Shown here piece by piece: positions 18,198-25,865 of a stretch of 63,003 nucleotides of DNA. Each line of letters begins with the position of its first letter. Within the stretch, counting starts at the first letter, position 1. A model generated the notes under the pieces. It did not search any database and was not told where the DNA came from. It worked only from the letters and a program-made list of their open reading frames with translations. Origin of the DNA: Eubacteriales bacterium. Lineage in GTDB: Bacteria; Bacillota; Clostridia; Oscillospirales; CAG-272. The position numbers were made by a program, and so were the translations under genes. The stretch is from positions 1-63,003 of the forward strand of contig JAZQVI010000040.1 in assembly GCA_045631745.1 (NCBI GenBank). The letters are read 5' to 3'.

Positions 18198-20834
18198 TTA
18201 TCCTTTCTCTACGTACATATTGGTGATGGCAAGGTTCAAACCACTGCCGTTATCAATGGTCAACTTGAGGCTGTCGGGAGATATCGGCTCCTTTGTGGGA
18301 GATCTCTCTCCGCTAAGCAACGCATATCCGCTGATCTCGACGTGATTCATGCCTGGCTTGAGCGTAATCGTCATCTGATAGTCCAAATGGTACGCCTCAT
18401 ATACCTTCCTATAATTGCCTGTGCCCTTCTTGACACGGACGGTGAATTCCACTGTCTGATCGGAATCGTTGTAAATGTCAAGCCACAGAGACTGAGAAAT
18501 ATTGTCGATATCAAGATCCTTCAGATCGAAGATCAAATCCTGAGTTCCGCCCTTCAGATCTACACGGTAAGCATCCTTGCCGCAATCAGAATCGTTTGCA
18601 ACGAACTGCGTGGGGTTGCCTCCTACGGAAAGATAGTCGCCGATCTTATCTGCCGTGATCTCCTGATAAGATGTACCAAGCCAGAAATTACCCGACGCGG
18701 TCTTGGAACCGTTGGTAGCAGAAATGGTCGCAACGTTGGTCTTAGACAAATCTACAGACGCAACAAGCTTTCCGTCCTGTGCCGTAACAGCCTGACCATT
18801 CACGGAAATCGACACGCCTACAGGAGCATCCATGGTCAGCTTAATCACAGCGCTGTTCTTTTCGAAGTCGGTTACGCGAACGCCCATCGAAAGAAGATCA
18901 AGCGCTGCCACCATTGCCTCGCGCAGGCTACCGAAGTTATCGGTCAGAGGATCCCCAATCTGAACAAGCGTACCGGTATAGTATCCCGTTGAGAGGAGAT
19001 CAACGATGGAAGCAAACTCTTCATAAGAGTATTCGATTCCGTTCTTTTCTGCAATCTCCTTATACATCTGCTCCATTACATAGAAGATCTCATAGTCCTC
19101 CATACTATCGCGGAGAACCTCGAGACGAACGCTTGCAACCGGGCCCTTGATCCCGTATGGTGTACCGGGATAGAAAATGAATCCGTCGCCGTTCGTAGGC
19201 TCATAACGGTTTGCCGTCTGATAGCAATCCTGAAGCGATCCGGACATAACATTGTCCCAACCGTTTTCCATGTAGTAGTAGAGGGTGGTGTACCAATACT
19301 CGTGTCCTGTGATGTTATACTGCTTCATCATCCAGCCCATTGAACGAAGGGTCAGAAGATCATCGTCAATATGCAGGGTCGGATTGGGAGAAACAGGGAA
19401 GGTCGCGGTGTACATCCAAACCTCTCCCGTATCAGTACCATAGAATTCGTTGTAGCGGTCAATCTCTGCCTGAATCGCATCACGCCATTCTTCGACGTGG
19501 AACTGCCACAGATAGATACACTGGGTAGCCGGATACTCGTAGATCAAATTGGAATTGGTCGCAACGTTGGTATGCGCAGAGGTTGTCCAGTGTTGAATCG
19601 TTCTCAGATCCTCAAGAACCTCACGAATGAAGTTCTCTTCAACTGCAGCGCCAAGCCATTTATCTCCGCCCGAAGCCAGTCTTCCTTCCTCCAGGTATCC
19701 AATGTACTCGTTGTAGAGTCCTTGCTGAATCTCCTTGAGTGTCTTGGTCAGATATGCCGATTCCTTCGTTCTCTTGTGGTAATCTGCCTCGTCAACAAGA
19801 GTGAGATACATACCCATCTTTTTCAGGAGATTGATTCCCTCAGTCGCCGAACGCTTGAGCAGCAATTCGAGTGTGTACTTGTACAGACTAAAATCAATCA
19901 AGGTTCCCTTCTGACCGGCTGTTCCGTCGGGAAGGGTCCATTCCTTTTTGTCTATTTTGTAAGGAATGTTAATCCAGGTAACACGCTCGTCCTTCGTGTA
20001 CTTGACAACCGAATCCACCCAGTCGTTCAAATCGTTAATAGAGGGATTGAAAGCGTGTCCGAGACCGGTGGGAAGAGACTGGGGCTGCAGACGGTACTCC
20101 AGCAGCATCTGGGTGTAAATCTCCTCCATTTCACGCGTCCATGAAACCTCTGCCTTGCCCAATGCATCGTCATAAACGGCAAAGCAGCTCTTCTGATGGG
20201 TAGCGGAAGGAACAACGTAATCCCAAACCGTTACCTCAACAGGAAATTTCTTGGTCTCGCCGTTGATGGTCAGAGCAAAGCTGCCGGTGTAAACACCTGC
20301 CGCCTGATCCTCGGGAACAAACACGGTAAACCACAGTCCCTGATTGAGTCCCTTGCGGAACTGGTTCTCGCCGTATTCGATAGCGGAATCCAAAGGCAGG
20401 AGCGCATCGGGATAAGAGCCTACTCCATAGCCGCTGAGAAACTCAAGCTGTTTTGTTACGGTGATGTACTTTTCGTTGTACACGGAGAAGCAATCCTTGG
20501 AGAGAGTGTTTTCCCCGCTCTTCAGATCACTCAACTCCACGTCATAGCTCAAAACATCGGTTTTCGCGGTCATGATCACCTGAGCGTTTTCGTACTCATT
20601 GCGAAAGCTCTTGAAGCTGAGCGTCTGCGTGCCCGAGTTATAATCCTGCTTTTGCAACACCTTGGTAGTAGAAGGTGCAGTGCACATCGTGGCACAGACG
20701 AACTCCACAAGCGCTTCTTCTGTGTTATCGTTTTCGGGGTCATTGGGATCGTCTTTGCATCCCGCAAGACAGCTGAACAGCATCACAGCAAAGAGCATCA
20801 AACAAAGCAATCTTGTCGTGAGTTTTGTTTTCAT
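18198..20834 (-). CDS. large lipoprotein, DUF4091/GH123-like putative glycoside hydrolase, cassette 2 (paralog of 9842-12487)
   Basis: 878 aa from MKTKLTTRLLCLMLFAVMLF (AGGAG RBS). Colinear with cassette 1 throughout and keeps VTVWDYVVP and LVDEADY. Confidence 0.8.
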   Translation of the reverse strand: MKTKLTTRLLCLMLFAVMLFSCLAGCKDDPNDPENDNTEEALVEFVCATMCTAPSTTKVLQKQDYNSGTQTLSFKSFRNEYENAQVIMTAKTDVLSYDVELSDLKSGENTLSKDCFSVYNEKYITVTKQLEFLSGYGVGSYPDALLPLDSAIEYGENQFRKGLNQGLWFTVFVPEDQAAGVYTGSFALTINGETKKFPVEVTVWDYVVPSATHQKSCFAVYDDALGKAEVSWTREMEEIYTQMLLEYRLQPQSLPTGLGHAFNPSINDLNDWVDSVVKYTKDERVTWINIPYKIDKKEWTLPDGTAGQKGTLIDFSLYKYTLELLLKRSATEGINLLKKMGMYLTLVDEADYHKRTKESAYLTKTLKEIQQGLYNEYIGYLEEGRLASGGDKWLGAAVEENFIREVLEDLRTIQHWTTSAHTNVATNSNLIYEYPATQCIYLWQFHVEEWRDAIQAEIDRYNEFYGTDTGEVWMYTATFPVSPNPTLHIDDDLLTLRSMGWMMKQYNITGHEYWYTTLYYYMENGWDNVMSGSLQDCYQTANRYEPTNGDGFIFYPGTPYGIKGPVASVRLEVLRDSMEDYEIFYVMEQMYKEIAEKNGIEYSYEEFASIVDLLSTGYYTGTLVQIGDPLTDNFGSLREAMVAALDLLSMGVRVTDFEKNSAVIKLTMDAPVGVSISVNGQAVTAQDGKLVASVDLSKTNVATISATNGSKTASGNFWLGTSYQEITADKIGDYLSVGGNPTQFVANDSDCGKDAYRVDLKGGTQDLIFDLKDLDIDNISQSLWLDIYNDSDQTVEFTVRVKKGTGNYRKVYEAYHLDYQMTITLKPGMNHVEISGYALLSGERSPTKEPISPDSLKLTIDNGSGLNLAITNMYVEKG

Positions 20835-20868
20835 TTTTTTCTCCTTAAATGAAAAATATTTGCAATAT

Positions 20869-20897
20869 ATTATAACATACACGCTCAAATATGTCAA
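20869..20897 (-). promoter_or_regulatory. sigma-A type promoter of cassette 2
   Basis: Minus strand TTGACA (20892-20897), 17-nt spacer, TATAAT (20869-20874). Confidence 0.6.
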
Positions 20898-21026
20898 TTA
20901 TGTCTCGGTTTTTTATTCTTTTTTGGCGTTGTTGACAAATCTGTGTCACTTGATTTGTGAAATATCACCTTTAGAATTCTTTTCTACCATTTTTTATGTT
21001 AAAAACGCAGAAAAGCAAAAAATAAC

Positions 21027-21055
21027 TTGTCAAGCACTTAAAAATGTGCTATAAT
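21027..21055 (+). promoter_or_regulatory. sigma-A type promoter of the ABC-F gene
   Basis: TTGTCA, 17-nt spacer, (TGc)TATAAT. Confidence 0.55.
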
Positions 21056-21089
21056 AGAAAGGATATTATGTAAACAAGGCGGTAACGAA

Positions 21090-22697
21090 ATGATTACGAT
21101 CAACAACCTCAGCTTCCACTTTGGAGGACAGCTTCTGTTCAAAAACGTGGATCTGAAATTTACTCCAGGCAACTGCTACGGCATCATCGGCGCAAACGGT
21201 GCGGGAAAATCTACGTTCTTACGTATTCTGTGTGGCGAGCTGGAGCCCTCCACGGGGGAGATTTCCATTCCCGAGACGGTGAGAATGTCGGTGCTCCGTC
21301 AGGATCACTTTGCATTTGACGAATATACGGTTCTTAACACCGTCATCATGGGCAACAAAAAGCTCTACGATGTGATGAAGGAAAAGGACGCTATCTACGA
21401 GAAGGAGGACTTCACCGAGGAAGACGGTCTGCGCGCCTCCGAGCTGGAAACCGAATTTGCCGAAATGAACGGCTGGGAGGCAGAATCCGACGCCTCCAAG
21501 CTGATCCAGGGACTCGGACTGGATGTCGATATTCTCTACAGCGAGATGTCCACCCTCAAGGAGAGCGAAAAGGTCAAGGTTATGCTGGCGCAAGCGCTCT
21601 TTGGCAATCCCGACATTATCATGCTCGACGAGCCTACCAACGGTCTTGATATGGATGCCGTGCTTTGGCTTGAGGATTTCCTCTCCGACTACTTCGGAAC
21701 GGTTTTGGTGGTCTCGCACGACCGTCATTTTCTCAACGATGTCTGCACCAACATCGTGGATATCGACTACAACGGCATCAAGATGTACGTCGGCAACTAT
21801 GAGTTCTGGTACGAATCCAGCCAGCTGATCCAAAGAATGATCAAGCAGCAGAACAAGCGTGCAGAGGAAAAGATCAAGGAGCTACAAGCGTTTATCGCAA
21901 GATTCTCCGCAAATAAATCCAAATCCAGACAGGCAACCTCCCGCCGCAAGCTGCTCGACAAGCTCAGCATTGAGGAGCTTCCCGCCTCCAGCCGCAGATA
22001 CCCCTTTATCGGCTTTGACATGGATCGGATCGCGGGTAAAGATATTCTCTTTGTCAAGGAGCTCACCAAGACGATCGGCGACACGGTTCTGTTCAAGGAT
22101 CTGTCTTTTACTGTAAACAAAGAGGACAAGATCGCATTTCTTGGCAACGAGCAAGCGATCACTGCCCTGTTCAAGATTCTGATGGAAGAGGACACCCCCG
22201 ATGCAGGCAGCTTCAAGTGGGGCGTGAGCATTACGAAGTCCTACTTCCCTCACGACAACTCCGAATATTTCAACAACTGCACGCTCAGCATCATCGATTG
22301 GCTCTCGCAGTATGCAAAGGAAAACACCGAGACCTATCTGCGTGGATTTCTTGGAAGAATGCTCTTCTCCAACGAAAGCGTATTTAAGCCCGTCAATGTC
22401 CTCTCGGGTGGTGAAAAGGTGCGTTGTATGTTCTCCCGTATGATGCTCTTCGGCTCCAACTTCCTTCTTTTGGATCAGCCTACCGACCACCTCGACCTGG
22501 AATCCATCAGTGCGGTCAACAACGGACTTTCTGCCTTCAAGGGTAACATCATGTTTACCTCTCACGACTATGAATTGGTCAACACAGTAGCGAATCGAAT
22601 CATCGAGATCACGCCCGAGGGAATCACTGATTTCAGCGGTACCTATGAGGAATTTCTGCAAAGAAAAAAGGAAAAGGCAGATGCGATGACTCGCTAA
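21090..22697 (+). CDS. ABC-F family ATPase (YbiT/YdiF-like) with a degenerate second ATP site
   Basis: 535 aa with two ABC domains, no TM segment and a basic linker (KQQNKRAEEKIKELQAFIARFSANKSKSRQATSRRK). NBD1 has GANGAGKST and MLDEPTNGLD. NBD2 has LGNEQAIT in place of Walker A and LLDQPT in place of LLDEPT. Confidence 0.9.
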   Translation: MITINNLSFHFGGQLLFKNVDLKFTPGNCYGIIGANGAGKSTFLRILCGELEPSTGEISIPETVRMSVLRQDHFAFDEYTVLNTVIMGNKKLYDVMKEKDAIYEKEDFTEEDGLRASELETEFAEMNGWEAESDASKLIQGLGLDVDILYSEMSTLKESEKVKVMLAQALFGNPDIIMLDEPTNGLDMDAVLWLEDFLSDYFGTVLVVSHDRHFLNDVCTNIVDIDYNGIKMYVGNYEFWYESSQLIQRMIKQQNKRAEEKIKELQAFIARFSANKSKSRQATSRRKLLDKLSIEELPASSRRYPFIGFDMDRIAGKDILFVKELTKTIGDTVLFKDLSFTVNKEDKIAFLGNEQAITALFKILMEEDTPDAGSFKWGVSITKSYFPHDNSEYFNNCTLSIIDWLSQYAKENTETYLRGFLGRMLFSNESVFKPVNVLSGGEKVRCMFSRMMLFGSNFLLLDQPTDHLDLESISAVNNGLSAFKGNIMFTSHDYELVNTVANRIIEITPEGITDFSGTYEEFLQRKKEKADAMTR

Positions 22698-22702
22698 AAC
22701 AA

Positions 22703-22738
22703 ATCAGCCGCGCTCTTGGGTGCGGCTGATTTTATTTT
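22703..22738 (+). terminator. intrinsic terminator after the ABC-F gene
   Basis: ATCAGCCGC / GCGGCTGAT hairpin followed by TTTTATTTT. Confidence 0.75.
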
Positions 22739-22819
22739 GTCAGATGATTTCATAAAGCAAAGATAATCTCCTTTTTATGCGCATATGATTATAAACAAAA
22801 AGCAAAAGGAGAGCGCAAA

Positions 22820-24382
22820 ATGAAGCAAGCACGTCAAATCTTTCGGGATGCCATTCTTTTGACTCTGGCTTCCCTTCTCATGCGAACGGTTGGCGTTGCG
22901 TTTCAAGTAGCAGTATCCAATCGCGCAGGAGCTGAGGTCATGGGCCTTTATTCTCTGATGATGGGGGTTTACGGCTTTGCCCTGACGCTGGCAACCTCGG
23001 GAATCCACCTGGGTGTCACACGCCTGGTCGCCCGGTATCTGAGCTATCATCAGTCAAAGCACATCAAGGGAATCGTTAAAACCGCCTGCATTTATGCCCT
23101 CACGTGTGGTTGCCTGGCGGCGGGGCTGCTGCTGATCTTTGCCGAGCCGATCGGCGTTCGCCTGTTATCGGACGCACGGACAGTGCCCTCTCTGCGGCTT
23201 TTTGCGATCTCTCTTCCGTTCATTTCACTCTCCTCCGTGTTCGGCGGATACTTTACCGCCGTCCGAAGAAGCTATAAAAACGCGAGCGTTCAAATCACCG
23301 AGCAGCTTGTGAAAATCGGACTAACCATGTATCTTTTTTCGATGCTCTTCGCAAAAAGCACCGAGGGAATGCTCTGCGCCCTGGTGCTCGGAGGCGTTTG
23401 TGCGGAAATCTTTTCTTTTTTGTTTGCCACACTGTTGTACTTAACCGACAAGCAAAAAAGAAGCACCGCCGAAAAAGCGTCTCCTTGCGGAGGTCGGGCG
23501 TTGCTTCAAAACACCGTTCCCATCGCCCTAACCTCATACGTCCGTTCCGCCCTTTTGGCAATTCAGAATGCGATCATACCGAGAGGACTAAAAAAGAGCG
23601 GCGCGTCGCACGCTGCCGCCCTGGTGTCTTACGGCTGTATCCACAGCATGGCGCTCCCCGTGGTACTCTACCCCGCAGCGCTGATCTCCTCATTTTCGGG
23701 ACTTTTGATCCCAACGATTGCAGAATGTCACGCGCAAAACAGACAAGTGCAGATTCGATACATCGTCTCTAGAGTTTGGTTCTTTTCCATGCTTTTTTCG
23801 GTCGGAACAGCGGGAATTCTGATCTGCTTTTCGGGAGAGCTCGGAGCGCACCTCTACCCAAATTCCGATGCAGGGAGATACATTCGCCTGCTCGCTCCCC
23901 TCATTCCCATCATGTATCTGGACACCGCCACCGATGCTATGCTCAAAGGGCTTGGAGAGCACGTTTATTCCATGAAAATCAATATTCTCGACGCCTTTAT
24001 TTCGGTGATCCTCGTTTGGATCCTAACCCCTCGCTACGGGGTGAACGGCTATCTTGTTGCGATCTACGTATCCGAGCTTTTCAATACCGTCTTTAGCATC
24101 ACAAGACTGCTATCGATCACGCGTGTCTCTCCCAAGCTTCTCAAATGGGTGTATCTCCCCCTTTTTTGTATTCTCGCAGCAACCCATCTGACGCGTCATT
24201 TTCTCAATCTGGCGACACAGAACGCGAGTCGTTTCCCGATTCTGCCCTGCATCGTCACGGTACTGACCTATCTGCTTTTCTTGGTTGTCACAAGGACTGT
24301 AAACCGAGAGGAGCTGCAATGGGGAAAAAGCCTTTTGGCACTCAAAAAAGAGGAGTCAGAGCTTACAAAAACAACCGTCTGA
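22820..24382 (+). CDS. spoVB: MOP-superfamily flippase, stage V sporulation protein B-like
   Basis: 520 aa, about 14 TM helices. N-terminus ..ILLTLASLLMRTVGVAFQVAVSNRAGAEVMGLY is typical of SpoVB/polysaccharide flippases. Adjacent to dpaAB. Confidence 0.75.
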   Translation: MKQARQIFRDAILLTLASLLMRTVGVAFQVAVSNRAGAEVMGLYSLMMGVYGFALTLATSGIHLGVTRLVARYLSYHQSKHIKGIVKTACIYALTCGCLAAGLLLIFAEPIGVRLLSDARTVPSLRLFAISLPFISLSSVFGGYFTAVRRSYKNASVQITEQLVKIGLTMYLFSMLFAKSTEGMLCALVLGGVCAEIFSFLFATLLYLTDKQKRSTAEKASPCGGRALLQNTVPIALTSYVRSALLAIQNAIIPRGLKKSGASHAAALVSYGCIHSMALPVVLYPAALISSFSGLLIPTIAECHAQNRQVQIRYIVSRVWFFSMLFSVGTAGILICFSGELGAHLYPNSDAGRYIRLLAPLIPIMYLDTATDAMLKGLGEHVYSMKINILDAFISVILVWILTPRYGVNGYLVAIYVSELFNTVFSITRLLSITRVSPKLLKWVYLPLFCILAATHLTRHFLNLATQNASRFPILPCIVTVLTYLLFLVVTRTVNREELQWGKSLLALKKEESELTKTTV

Positions 24383-24923
24383 ACTGTCTCCCCTCCATTG
24401 CGGCATGAAGGGTTTCGGGGATTTTAGTAAAATCAGCCACCAACGAATGAGGCTTCTTTTGTGGATCGTCCTGGTTCATCGGAACGAAGTAGACGTGCTT
24501 TTTGGATAACAACGTCGCAATATTTTTCAGATTGGAGGAAAGCGCATCGTTGGACGCCAAGGAGATAATCAAGGGACGGTCACTCCGCAGATGCGCCTTC
24601 GCAGCCATGCAGACAGCCGTGTCGGTGATTCCGTTCGCCAGCTTTGCAAGGGTGTTTCCCGTACAGGGACTGATGATCATGGCATCGAGCTGGATCTTGG
24701 GTCCAAGGGGTTCTGCACCCACAACGGTGTGTACAATCTCCTTGCCGCAGAGCTGCTCCACTTCTTTTTTCAGTGTTTCTGCCATTCCAAACCGCGTGTC
24801 TGTATTCCACACGTTCTCGCTCATAATGGGCAGGATCTCGTAATTCATATCGATCAAGTTCTTCAATTCCTTAAGTGCAACCCCGTGGGTGCAAAAGGAT
24901 CCACAAAAAGCATAACCAAGCAT
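24363..24923 (-). CDS. dpaB: dipicolinate synthase subunit B
   Basis: 186 aa from MLGYAFCGSFCT (GGAAAGGGAG RBS). Flavoprotein-like ..ISPCTGNTLAKLANGITD.. motif of SpoVFB. Confidence 0.9.
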   Translation of the reverse strand: MLGYAFCGSFCTHGVALKELKNLIDMNYEILPIMSENVWNTDTRFGMAETLKKEVEQLCGKEIVHTVVGAEPLGPKIQLDAMIISPCTGNTLAKLANGITDTAVCMAAKAHLRSDRPLIISLASNDALSSNLKNIATLLSKKHVYFVPMNQDDPQKKPHSLVADFTKIPETLHAAMEGRQFRRLFL

Positions 24924-24940
24924 AGCTATTCTCCCTTTCC

Positions 24941-25780
24941 TCAAGTATTGTCAAGATAATCAAGCACCGTCTCGGCGATAATCGTCCCCGCGGTTTCAGG
25001 AAAATGCTTACCCGGGAGTCCCTGTGCAAAAATCAAGGGGAAGCCCATTTTCTCGGCAAAAACCGTATCAAATCCCCCAGGCAGGGACGCAAGCTCCATT
25101 AAAATGCAATCACGATTCCAGCTCATGAGCACCTTTTCCGTAACGATTCGTTCGGGAACGGTGTTGAAAACGATTCGACATTCATCGGAGAGTTGACACA
25201 GGGAAAAATCGTTTAGAGGAATCGATCTGCAGTGTCGAAGTCTCGCGTGCGCTAGATCGCGCTCTTTCCTTGCAAAAACCGTTACATTTGCCCCCAAAGC
25301 AACCAATCGCTCGGCAAGAAGGGATGCAATCCGACCATATCCGAGAATTGCAACAGAGCATCCGTCAAGAGTCACCGGAAGCGCCTCTAAAGCAAGCATG
25401 ATCGCGCCCTCGACCGTTGGAAGCGCATTCCGCATTTGCAGCCCTTCAAAGTGAAAATAATCACACATTTGCACACCGGCATCCTTTGCCTGCTGCACCC
25501 ATAAATCCGGAATTTTGCCTCCAAAAATGAAAGCATCTTGTCGAACTGCCTCCAAAAGGCTTGAAAAACGAATGCCGCGACCTTCATCCAAAGGGCATTG
25601 AATTCTAACGCCATCGCTCGTGACGGGAAGCGGCAGAAGAAGAACGTCTGCGTTTTCCACCTCGCTTTTCCAATCAACCTCAACGGATTGTTCCCCTAAC
25701 CCCCAGGTGGTCAGTGCAATTCCCTTTCCACGCAGATACATCGCCGCCGCAATCTGACGCCGATCCCCTCCCATAATCAA
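24941..25780 (-). CDS. dpaA: dipicolinate synthase subunit A
   Basis: 279 aa. (I)MGGDRRQ.., ..VAILGYGRIASLLAERLVALGANV.. Rossmann motif. The start is uncertain: TTG at 25780 or ATG at 25774, with no strong RBS. Confidence 0.85.
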   Translation of the reverse strand: MIMGGDRRQIAAAMYLRGKGIALTTWGLGEQSVEVDWKSEVENADVLLLPLPVTSDGVRIQCPLDEGRGIRFSSLLEAVRQDAFIFGGKIPDLWVQQAKDAGVQMCDYFHFEGLQMRNALPTVEGAIMLALEALPVTLDGCSVAILGYGRIASLLAERLVALGANVTVFARKERDLAHARLRHCRSIPLNDFSLCQLSDECRIVFNTVPERIVTEKVLMSWNRDCILMELASLPGGFDTVFAEKMGFPLIFAQGLPGKHFPETAGTIIAETVLDYLDNT

Positions 25781-25865
25781 CCATTTTTTAATGACAGACG
25801 CCCCCTTCCCTTCAAATCGTGCTCGCCTCGAACGATAACAGGATATGAAAAAGAACTGCTCGCCG

